Shown here piece by piece: positions 26,694 to 39,100 of a stretch of DNA of 64,000 nt. The DNA is from Styela clava (lineage: Eukaryota). The notes beneath the pieces were generated by a model. That model ran no database searches and had not been told where the DNA came from. It worked only from the letters and a program-made list of their open reading frames with translations. Each line of letters starts with the position of its first letter. Position 1 is the first letter of the stretch. The stretch is from NCBI RefSeq assembly GCF_964204865.1, contig NC_135254.1:11098001-11162000 (forward strand), written 5' to 3'. Both the position numbers and the translations under genes were made by a program.

Positions 26694-27789
26694 GATCTAA
26701 AGACCTATGGAACATATAAATCGTAAGTATTCAAGGCAAGTCTATTTGGTGAATGGTCGTATTTTTTATATTGCTCACTCGAGTAAATAAATACACCTAT
26801 TTTCAGAAAGAACGTTACGGATTCGTACGGAATAACCTTTATGATATATGACACATCCTAGATTATTTTGTTTACTGCAATAAGAAACATGCGGAAAGGT
26901 TAAATTTATTTATCAGTGTTCAATGTGGTCATTGTTCATATGTATGAAGAATATCAAAACACTCACTGTAAAAACTTTTCGGTTGGTTTCGAATGCAAAA
27001 CCATTTAGATTAATATGCTTGATATATCATTAGTTGACAAGCATGTGACGTGACTCATGTTTGTTATCCTAAGGTTGTGGCGTAAATGACGATATTTAAG
27101 ACATTAGGCGTAAAAGTTGACATTTAAATACCAAATTTGAATATATTTCTTTAACGCTGTCACCATCGAGATGTTTTCACAAGAGGGCTGTAAGTTTTCG
27201 CCTGCAGATATGAACTTACTATATATTGATAGAATCAGTTTCTTACAGATTGGGCGTTACGTATCCAATGTTTAGGCAATGGGGTGGTCAATAAAATGTA
27301 TATGATAAATAAAAAAAAAGAACAAGTCGTCAAACGTTTAATAACTTCATTAAACTGTGAGCAATTGACTGAATTGATTGTCAAACAGTATTTTAATTGC
27401 CGGTTATGACCTTGTCTAGTCCTATAATTTTTTTCAATTACTTCTTTATATAATCGGATATGCCAATCATCCACCGGAAATGCGCGGTCGTTAGTGATTT
27501 TTAAACAACTGATCATTATTACACTTTCAGTGGTATACAACAAATACACGTTTCTCAATACAAACAGTTATTATATTTGTATAATATTCAACCCATTTAG
27601 ATACTTAAATAGTATTCTCCACAATAGTTTTAATTAATAGTTCAATGAGAAACAGCAAAAATTTAACCCCATGTAGTTGCATTTATATATTGGTTGAAAT
27701 AATGAATCTGCTTAAAATTATTATTTAAGAAAAACGTGATAGATTTGTTCCGAGTCCTTTGAATCACCTTTCCTTTAATTCCTTTAACC

Positions 27790-28420
27790 GGGCATGAGTT
27801 TGAGTCTAGCTGGAAAGGTCCCCAATCTTTCTACCCTGGCGGACCGGTAAATTAAATAAAATGTACTCGCGGACCGGCAAAAAATTAAAATGAGGGGAAC
27901 GGAAAATATTAACAAAGTCGTCGGTAACTTGGAACCAAGCCTAAAATCCTGCTGTTCATCACCTGGAAAAAATCTCTGCGGCCCATGCTTTTGTTGGGCG
28001 TCTCGTGACCACCTGCAGGGTCGCAACAAGTTGATATATATGTCACTGTTTTCTGTTTTAAACAAAGAAATATTCATAACCTTTTATTTGGATGGTCATA
28101 TTAAGCAGGAAAAGCATGCAGAACAGAAAAAAACACGCGTGCCGATCTTTAGGTTTCTGAATCTTGCGACATTTGACGGAGCGCTTTCGCGAAAAATCGG
28201 AACCGAATAGGCAAAAAGTGTGATTATACCCGGCCCCAAGACGTCACCGGGCCATCAATACCGAACCTATCAAACAGCAATATGACGGCGGACGAGAAAT
28301 TGCGTGATAAACCAACGCAACTTTGGCTTCAGTAAAGCGATTGAGACGGAAGAAAAACATAAAAACAGCAAAAGTTCTCGCGGACCGACAAAAAAAAAAA
28401 CTTCGATTGGGAACTACTGA
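27790..28420. mobile_element. Degenerate hAT-type element
   Basis: GC-richer island with repeated gcggaccg(g)caaaaaa subterminal motifs (27839, 27869, 28380) and right end ttgggaactactg. Left boundary approximate. Confidence 0.5.
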
Positions 28421-31400
28421 GCTAGCTAGACGGCCACAATAGTAACCAGAAGTAATTAGACTTTTCTTGAAATCTTCTCTTCCTACTAGAATAGTTATTA
28501 TTATATCATATCTCATGTTATACAATTATAATTTTATATGAAACGCTCTTACTTTTATTTTTTGAAGCTGTGCATTATTTTGCTAATATTTCTTACTTTT
28601 TATTTATTTTATACATCTTTTGCTTGAGGTAAAAAACTCAACCATTGCAAAACTATGGGGTCACTGTTTACATTGCTACATAAAATAAAAAAAATAAAAT
28701 ATTCTAATGTACGAAATAAATAATTTTCATATTCATTCCCAGAAATTTCATTGCTAAACTTCGCTTTCTAGACATTAATCGTCCCATTATTTCGAAATCG
28801 TAGCATTTGTCGATTGGTATATTGCGAGTAAAAATGCTTCAAAGCCACTCTATTAATGTTTCCTGAATGCGTTGATCCTCAAATATGATCTATCAAATCA
28901 TCCTGTGAGAATTAGTTACATTTTAGCACTCTTACACTGCGCACATGCGTGCAAAACTCGTGAAAACTTACTGGTAAAACGTGTTTTTATAAGGTGTCAA
29001 AATTTACTCACCAAACTTGCTAGGTAAGATTTCATTGGCTATAAACTTTTCTAAAGTATTGTTTACCACACGCGGGGAAAACATAAATTATACTGTTTTG
29101 AAAGGCCGAACATGGTCAATTTATTTACTTGAACTCTTTATGATAACATCAAACTATGTATGCGTTGTTTTATTATATTTCATTAGCCCAAGGCAATTTG
29201 TGGTACCAAAGTAGTTTTTCTTTTAGCAAACGCGATTAGTGTGAGTAATCCGAGCTTAAAGGTTATTAAAATTACGTTAAATAAAAGTATCAATTCGTTT
29301 TTATATTTCATCCATGTTTCCACATACCGAAATCAGAGAACATTTTCGTGTATTTGGGACAAAAGTTAAAAATCTTACAGTTCGACTCTGAATAGAAAGC
29401 AATATGATATAACCATGCATAGAAAAAATAAAAAAAATTCTGTGGACATGAACTTCATACCCAAAATAGCATGAAATTACAGTGCCCTATATTAGGCCAA
29501 TATCCTATTGAACATTTGAGTTGTACAAGAATAAACAATATATGCCATATATCAATTAGCGCTTTGTTGCTTCTACAACCCTGGAAATAATATTACGTTG
29601 AACGACATTTTCTATTTGTTACTGTAAATTCAATTGGTTTTCGACAACCACGTTTGTGAAGGTCACATGAGGGCACATGGAACAGTTCGCGAAGATTGAA
29701 AATAGTGTTTTCTTTTACGCGAACGAACAAGGAATGAAGGCGGCTGATTACTGGGTTATCATTACCAGGCATTATACGGATATACTTATTAAGTTCGAAA
29801 CGATATTCTGTTTCGGAACACACAAACACCAGAATGAATGTTTGAAGTCAAATGTATATATATAGTTCAGGCCATTTGATCAAAATGGCTGCAGTTGATA
29901 TAAAACAGTTCAAATTGAGAAATTATTCTTGCAATGTTGATTGATGTTTAGGTAGAAGTCGCCAACTTTTTTCCAAATATTTACAATAACTTTAATACCA
30001 TTGAAATAATACTATGTGAATTATCTAAATTAAAGCACAATTTTTTGACACAATATTTAAACCCTACTAAATAAATAACACGTAGGGTTTAAATAACCGA
30101 GTATATAAATAATTACTATTAATCTGGCGATGGCATTTTTTATTGTAACATGGTTACTATTTCTAAAAATTGAATGCTATTAGCATTTTCCGTAATGTGT
30201 AACTGACTGTAACGCAAAGTTCTATAGATGAGGCAACTGTTGGAAGCATGAATAATTCATTCGACTGAGTTTACGTTTAGATTCTACAAATACTGCTAAA
30301 AATTCCGCAAAATATTTGGATCTTAGAAACATCCTTACGCTTGGGATAAAAATATGATACGAACATGTCGGAGACTCGTTCAAGTGTGAATTCGTTCTGG
30401 GCCGTGTTAAGGCAGTGAATCAATGTTGTGTTGCATCATTTGAACAGAAATGAAAGTGCTTTCACATGTTATTTATCAGCATCCTTTAGCTATGAATTTT
30501 TCATCATATGTCTGTCGTTTTATTTAGTCACCTGATACATACACTTTGAATAATTGTCATAAATTTACTTGCATACAACGGTATTTATGATGTATGTTGT
30601 ATTGACAGTTTAGTATAATGAACAAGATTTTCGAAATGTTGATTTCTGATGGAGCGAAAATCACTAAATTTTAACTTGACTGTATAGCCTTTGTTATATC
30701 TCATAACTCAACTTGTAATATTAAAGTACTAGGAATTGCCACAAGACAGGTGAAATTTTATTCTCAGTAAAATGACCATATAGTGGGGTTTGAATGATGG
30801 TGTGAATTGAATTATTCATGTTTTGACGATGTTGAGCAGGTTGGATTTTAAAGCTGAGAATTATTCAGCAGACAACAGTTGAGAATAACTTCTCGCTGAT
30901 ACAGTCTACAGTTGATCAACAGTATTGAATTGAAGTTTTCTCTTTCTGGTGGTGTCGAAATTTATTTAAATAAAGTATGCTGGTTTTGATTAAATTTTCA
31001 GAATAAAATCTTTGAGACGAATCTAATGATTTTATGATTTTAAATGTTTTCTAAGTAAACGGTTGTCTAGTTGAATAAGGAGCTGCTGAGATTTGCACGA
31101 CTAATAAAGTAATCAAATTTTGCAACTCGGATTTGACACTTATGATTTTATTTATGTCACGTGTGTGCATGGTTTGAGAGATTTTATATGCTTTACAGAC
31201 AAATAGGATCTAAATTTGAAAACAAAATTAAAACAACCCGCAGTGGTACGTTTGTATAACTGTTTATATTCAGCAATCTTGTTTTCATAAAAATGTTTAT
31301 ACTGATTCGTTATATGATGAGATGAGATTAAGATGATTCTGAGCTCAATGGATGTTTTTTATCGATGGATAAAGCATATAAAATCTAAAATTAATTCTGA

Positions 31401-32010
31401 TAATCTAGGATTATGAAAAGAATAGCAATGTCGCCCATATGAGGTACCCATTCCTTCAGGTTAAATTAAATCTGAAATCGATTAATTGATGGAATCGAGA
31501 TACCATATTCATTTTTTTTTCTTTTACTTTAAATCCTATTGATATTTCTGCTATCCGTTTGATATTAAGCAGAAATTGATTTTAAATAATGAAAATCGGA
31601 TACGATATGTATAAATGAAATCCAGTGCCCAGACAGTATATAAGAGATATTGTTAACGTGAGATGTTATCTATGATACTGACTGTATTCTGTTACTATGG
31701 TATAATGCTGTTGAAAAATGAATACATATAAATTTGCATTCAAAACTATGTAATAGTCAATTTTGTGTACTGTTGCAAATATCTTTCTTCTTGTTGTTTG
31801 TTGTGGGTTTTTTGATGGAATTCGATCTTTACAATAGAATCACGAGATATAGATCAGCTCCAAATACTACTGCAGTGAAGGCTCACTTGCAAAACTGTTG
31901 CACTCACATCAAGGATGTGTTAATTTAATTAGTTAAATAATGTACTTCATTTTTTATAAAAAAAATCTTCATTCAAAGGTTACATTCATTGGTCTCTAAT
32001 TTGTTATAAA

Positions 32011-35000
32011 ATGAAAAATCTAGCCACAGCAACGAAAAAAAGCATGGCTGCCGAACGCACAAGAAAAACGGCAATTGATTCTAATAAAAGAATTCATCTT
32101 CAAACAGAAAGAGAAACAACATATATTGTTGAAAGAAGAAAACATAAAAACAAGGATAACTCGACTAATATAATTTCGGAAGGCAATGAAAAAATAAATG
32201 CGAAAGACGAGTCATCAAAAATGTGAGTTTTATGAAACAGCAAATGACGAAATTGTTTATTCAAAATGTAATTTCTATTAAGTATGTTTGATGCGCTTGG
32301 ACAATTCATTTCGAACGCGAAATAGGAACATCTTTCAATTGCTTCTTTGCATTGCAATAAGTTATTTGAAAAATTACTTCTCTTGGTGAAAATATTGCAC
32401 TGGTGCAATATCATTATAGGTATTAGTATTTATTCTGTATTGCACAAAAAAAAACAAATAAAAATATCAAAGTTGTCTGTTTATTGAATTTTGTCATCTT
32501 TCATGTCTTTATGTTTTAGATTGTCTCAATCAGCTTTTTCGCTGAAATCTAACGACATCGATATTCACGAACAGCGTAAAAAATTATCTCAACGACATAC
32601 AATGGTTCGAAATGATATCAAAAGAGTGGATAGTAAGTTATAATGAATAAATATAATTAGAAATGGTAGAATCTCTTTCGATGTTTTAATACAATATTGT
32701 TCGATCATCTGCGCAGCAACTGCTGTCAGATACAGATCAGAAGTAGTTAGTAAGCAACAAGGTTTTGGTCACTTTTCCATGCAGATCCTCATATTTGACG
32801 ATATTTTACATTTTTATGAAGTGAGATATCGATTTCAAACACGAAAGAGAAAATTGACTTAATATTCAAGACTATTTCGTGCTTTGAAGAGCAGGTTACA
32901 ATATTATTAAAGTTTTTCACGTTCATGTTTTCTAAATTTCGTACGTTTTCATACAGAGCTCCAAAATCATGAGGAATCAGTTTTAGAAACATTAGATGAC
33001 TTGAATTCAAGAAAATTTACAAAAGAAAAAGATGAAGAACGCAATCATAATCTGGCTGCAAATGAAACGGTACGAATTCTATGTTTTTTTTTTTTTTTGT
33101 ATATTGAAAAGTAAAAATGAATGTAACATTTCATTTATCTTTGCAATTGGAAATCCTATTTTATCAGTAGTAACTTTGTTTAGTTTTGAGATAAATGTAG
33201 TGTGTTTGGCTTTGTCGGCCACTTCAGAACGGTTTGATTGTCATTTTGAATAAAATGCTTTTATGGCTGGTGTTAAGAACATTAGTGTATGCCAGTGAAG
33301 ATCGTTACATAGATGCTGCATTGAATTAATAGGATATGTAGATGGAATAATCATAATGTATTACATGATACCCACGACGTTCTTTATATATCCAATTATA
33401 GGTAAAGTAATGTAATTATCTGTGAAGTTTTGTGTAATTCGTATTTTATCGCTATTGATAATTGTGTAAGCGCCACAAGTTTCAGCATAGTATTTGTTCA
33501 ACTATACATACTTTCAATTAAATGAGTATATATTTGTCTTTGTAAATTACCTTATGTTGTCTATTGCCTCACTTGGAACTTTACCTGAAGATGTTATCAT
33601 AATGCGCTGTTAAACGAATACTTACATGATATTTACTGTCAGGGCTATATATATGCAAACACGCTGCTTCCGCGGATATTCGGTCGTTTGCATATACGTT
33701 GAGTTCTCAAATCTTGGTTTTTCGCGTTTTTTATCTTGATTTTTTTAGGTTATATACTGAACCTGCCGTCTTAATTTTTTGTATATCTTGAAAGGCCAAT
33801 GTTAATTTGATATATTTTATTTATATATTGTTAAAAAAGAAATCGAAAACAGACAAGCGATCTTCAATATCTAACATGGCAAAGAATGAAGACCTTCCAA
33901 GGAAAAGGTATAGATAACGTATCTTTTATTGTTATGACTGCTTTAAATAAACTTTTATTTACAGACGATAACACAATAACATATAGTTAACGAGTCCGCC
34001 CCGGAAATTTGAGCCAATAAAAGTTTAACTCAGTGAAACAGCAGTCAAATGGTGAAGAATTGAAATTTACAATTGTAATGATGCGCAGACTATGCTTAAA
34101 TTGACCAATTCACTTTGCAGTATCAATAAACTATAGCAACTAACTTCCAACGTTTCTTGGTAATCACATTTATAAGAGAGTGTTTATTTCTATGCATATG
34201 TGACTTGTTCAACTTGACCTTCATTGTAACATAGTAACCTGACAAGTTTTTGTTTCAGTATTCTTGACACTAAGCTCCCGCCTTTAGAAGACAACTCCAG
34301 AAATCGAATGTCAAGAAGGGTTGGGGTCAAAGGGCAGGTAAAACTGATTCCGTCTCCATTCAGAAATGACGAAACAGACAAAACTGTAAAAACACAAAAT
34401 GCGACCAATTCGTCACAGCAATCAAATACACGGAACACACCACAGCCTTTACCGCGAGTAAGCAGACGAACCAAAACAGCATCGGACCTAAACAACAACA
34501 ACGAAATTGACTTTGGAATGCAAGATGTAATAAATTCATACCCCAAGCCAATTCCGCGTATCAAACTACAAAAGACAGATTCCAGCATAAGCGTACAAAC
34601 CAAAAACGAACAGAAAATATCTAGAGTCAAAAAACATTATTCAAACCTGATGCTAGCAGGGATTAAAGACTTTGACAAAGAACCAGAATTATCGGCATTT
34701 CCACCTCCGAAACCAGTACCGAGAACTTTCCCACCGACGGGAAGGAAACTCAAAAGCTTGACGACAAGAGATTCCATATCTAATGAACATGATACAACCG
34801 ATATTAAAATCCGAGCCAAATTTGAACTGGGGAAGATAATTCCGCGGGAAGCATTACCCGAATCCGTACCTAGCCGTACCCCCTCCCCACCAAAAACAGA
34901 TCACTGTGAAATAAAACAACCTGAGGATATTCCACAAAGAAATTTTGGCAAACCTCTCGATATTTTCGAAGATTTCATTAGGAATTCGGACGATAGCCTA

Positions 35001-35096
35001 TTTAAAATGGACGTGATAAGGCAACAAACTGCTTTAGTTCGAGAAAAGAGAAATCAATTGAACATGGCCCGAAAACTCGCTCCTCTCAAAAAGTAA
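32011..35096 (+). CDS. Uncharacterised hydrophilic protein (about 450 aa) with a short coiled-coil-like segment and repeated PxPxPR motifs
   Basis: Exons 32011-32222, 32520-32632, 32957-33069, 33840-33907 and 34259-35096 splice in frame, and the last contains the 262-aa ORF. No recognisable domain. Motifs PQPLPR, PKPIPR, PKPVPR. Confidence 0.7.
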
Positions 35097-35202
35097 AAGT
35101 CCGTACCAGCGTATGTGTTTTTTGAAGGCTATAAGAAAAGACTCATTAAAATAACACGATTGACTTTAAATACTAGAATAAATACTATTAAGTACTATTT
35201 CT

Positions 35203-35438
35203 GGTACTCCTGTAGTATGCGAACCAATATGGCGGACACCTGAACGAAGTATGTGTACCAGGTTTGGGTTAGGCCATAATTTTATTAAAATTTACCTTAT
35301 TTTAGTTCTATTACGAGTTCGGGGACTAGTCAAGTGACTCCCGTAGTATTTGTACCTGAAATTATGGCCTAACTCTAACCTGATACACTTACTACGTTTC
35401 GGTGTCCGCCATCTTGGTTCACATACTACGGGAGTACC
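35203..35438. mobile_element. MITE family A, intact copy with 8-bp TSD (GG...CC termini; Merlin-like by inference)
   Basis: Long TIRs ggtactcctgtagtatgcgaaccaatatggcggacacc... / ...ggtgtccgccatcttggttcacatactacgggagtacc; TSD ctatttct at 35195-35202 and 35439-35446. Confidence 0.9.
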
Positions 35439-36138
35439 CTATTTCTATCATTTTGTGTGTTGTTATAAACGTATATACAAGATTTATTTAAATTTTTATA
35501 TTGGGTAGTATATAGTTCATTGTAATACTGATTTATTGTTGTCTCTGTTCTCTATCTTAAATTGCAGTGTTTATATCTTGTCTTTTTGTGCGGATCAATT
35601 TATATGTTGTACGGAGAAATTTTGAAAAAATAAAAAAAATTACCAGAATTAATTGCACTCGTAATGTAATTGTAAAAAGTTCAATTTAATTGACAAATTT
35701 GAAGCATTCTGTTAATTAACTACGATGATGCAACATGATTCCAGAGACGTCGTCATGCTATCTATTTCAAGCTTTAATTTATTACCAAATTAGACTACAT
35801 GACAACATTAGGTTGCAATTGCAAATCACGTTTTTCTCTGACTACAATTCAATTCTAATCGGAATTTATTCAGCAACAAAAATCTATTTAGATACAATAT
35901 AACAAGTTGAATAAAACATATGTTTATGCTTTTAGACCTGGTACATGAATCCATAAAAAATGCATGGAAATCTTCATGGAATAAAACAAACCAAAAATTA
36001 AACAAACAAGAATCGATTAATCTCTGTTTTATCATGAAATTATATCAGTTAACAAATATGAAAGACATGCTAAACTAAAATCTTGATTACGTATAGATGC
36101 GTCGATGACTTTTTTTCTTAACAATGACAAGGAATCAT

Positions 36139-39100
36139 TCAAAAGTAAGATTCCAAGGTTCCTCTTCTTCTGACATCTGTTGTCCAACAATGGAAACCAC
36201 CGCCGAGAGAATTTGCATATCGGAGATTGACTGTTATGGGCTTTATGCCTGTTTATAAATTTTATATTTTCAACTTTTTCATGTCCATACAGTAACACAA
36301 CATAGAAAAATTATAACTTGTTGAAATTGAACTTCAGTGAAAGCAAAACTGTTATTAGATCATATTATTATTACAATTCAAAAAAAAGTTAAGAAAAAAA
36401 AACTAGAACACCAAAAAAACATGCAAACCTCATATAGTAACCATTCATATCCAACGATTAGTTATTCATATTATGACGTATAATTTCTTACCTAGACTCT
36501 CAAACATTTTAATGGTCGGAATTTCATTGGTATCACATAAAACACGCTTTTCATCTAACATGAGAACATTCATGCTAAGCCATTTTGATGACATCCAGAG
36601 TGGGTGAGCTATAAGATGTGAGATATAACACGAATGACTTAATTATCTGTATTTTCTGTATTACGTGCCCCGTATGTGCGTTTTAACTTTTTACTTATTG
36701 ATCTTAAGATCGGTAAGTATATTGATAGGTATTTGTCTGTATGTATGTATGTCTGTCTGTGTGTGTGTCTGTTAGATGAACGCGATATCTAACGAACGCG
36801 TGGTTGAATCTGCTCCAAATTTTGCATGTGCATGCATCTTACCTCGGACCAGAAGCCTTTTGGGTTAATTATGTCGTATAATTAGCGAGTTATTAACTAA
36901 TTACCGATCTAAGATCGATAAGTCTTCGGTCTCCGACCGATATTCTCGTTTTTTCATTGGTGTAAAAATCATATTGCGTTACTTGTAAACTAATGGAATT
37001 CTTCAATTTTTATAAGGGAACACTCTGTATAAAATTGAAGATAATTCATTTGGATTTTTTATTATCATAAATAAACAGCTACTGAACGCTTTAAGTGGAT
37101 CGATAATTACCTAACAGAGTGGTAGGTGGGAGACATTCCAGTCAGATGGATGGAATATAAACGCTTTACTCACAATCTGGCATAACCGGATCCGCTGCTG
37201 TAACAACTTTCCATCCGGCCTTTTTAAACATATCAATCTAAAATACACAAAAACGTTTTAAAATACATAATGAGCATCAGTTGTTGATCACTAGTCGGGC
37301 ATATCATCGCCATCAATTGAAAAATTATGTTCCCGTTTTTTTATATGCAAAGTTGTCATTTGCTGCATATTAAAAGCATAACGGATCTGTTAATTGCTTT
37401 GCTAGTTGTTTCCGTTGTGAAAACAATAAATTTATTGTATTTTTGTATAGCAATACCCAGTTTTAAATCGATGAAGATAAGAAGTTCACCAGAAAGCTAT
37501 CATTTATTGTTTTTTGTTAAATATGAGCTTTCATCCCATATTTTGATGATTTCGAAACGCACCACCACGTCTTTAATACGCTTTTTTGCTAACCATTTTG
37601 ACCAAATTAGTTTGAATCACAATATCTACAAATTATGATATCTTGAGTAACCTAATCTGTATCAATCTTCTCGAAACAACAGCAGCTGACAACGTGTTGG
37701 ATTCAATATTAAAATAATTTCGATTTCACCCATAATTAACCAAATTTATTGTACTCCATTTCGGAATATTAGATCCAAAATAAGCTCCATTGAAATATTT
37801 TATTTCATCCAACATAATATTCAATTTACTTACCTGGTGACAAGGTCTATCTGGATTAGAGATCACCAACCCAGGCCCGATTATATTAAACGTGCCGTCT
37901 ATGTGCATGGGGTTCGGATCATTGAAAGATATTTCATGAATTTTATATTCTGACCCCAAGTGTCGACGCATCCATTCAATTCCCATCCGATTCGTTACCT
38001 TTGAAAGATCAAACAAAAACAAAACTTCTAAATATATATTTTTTTCTGCAAAATCATGTTTGATCATTTAAGTTTTTCATTCTTAGTTATAAAAGTTAAG
38101 CAAAGTTAGTATGAAGAAGAAGTGTTCAAATTTTATGAAATGATGGATATAATATTTCACTGCTCTCAATTCTTTCAGATTTGAAGAAATGAAAAACATT
38201 TTTTTATCAGCAAATAATAAACTAAATGCATGTCCCTTTCCACAATAAAAAATAAATAAAATAAAAGGGGATTGAATTTAGAAGCAACAAATTATTCATG
38301 AAACTTTTTGAATATACAAAAGCCCAATTTATATAATCTGGTGGTAGATCGAAACCGGATGAACTAATCGACCCAATTGAACCAAACCTGCCAACAATTA
38401 AACTGTCATCTAATGACTAACACCGCGAGTTTTTACTTGAAAAGTTATTTAAAAGAAAGAATAGAAGAGCAGAAAAATGGAATTTTTCTATGAGATTCAA
38501 TAACAACATTGACTTTTCTATATACCTTTTACATTGATTCGACATGATGTGCATTAGTTATATCTTGCCATTTTACTGTTCGAATCTCGTGGAGAATAAA
38601 TATGGGCAAGGGGTTTGATAAACTGGTGGAACCTATTAACATTAACCTAATTCACCATTCCAGTACACGATTTGAACTGGTAGCCGACAATGGTTCGCAA
38701 TATGATCATACTCTATTGTTCTACTCTTTTTTTCCACAAGTGTGCCTACAAACTCACTGCAACATAAGGCTTACAAACAACAGTTGTATCTACACGTAAA
38801 ACCCGAATCTGTTTTTTATTGTGTCATGTCATCCGTAATGTCGTTGTTCTTTGCTTTCAGTTTACATACAACAGCCACACTGAGATTCTATGTGATGGAT
38901 TGCTATTGAATGGGTCAAAAATTATGTTTTTATTGTTTGGGTCATATATATTGATATAAATAAATCTTTTTCTCAAGTTTTCAAAACATACTTGGTATTG
39001 TATAATTTTTAGCTATGCACATGCATGGGCGCATGTACATATAGCCGTACATAGCATGTACATCAGCAGGACTAAGGCTATTTCTGGCCCTCTATTTTGG

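Noticed and set aside
34190-34819. Minus-strand ORFs overlapping the orphan gene
   Set aside because: Antisense shadows of the plus-strand terminal exon.
39012-39063. Hairpin-like gctatgcacatgc...gcatgtacatatagc as a pre-miRNA
   Set aside because: Short, imperfect and made of low-complexity alternating purine-pyrimidine sequence.
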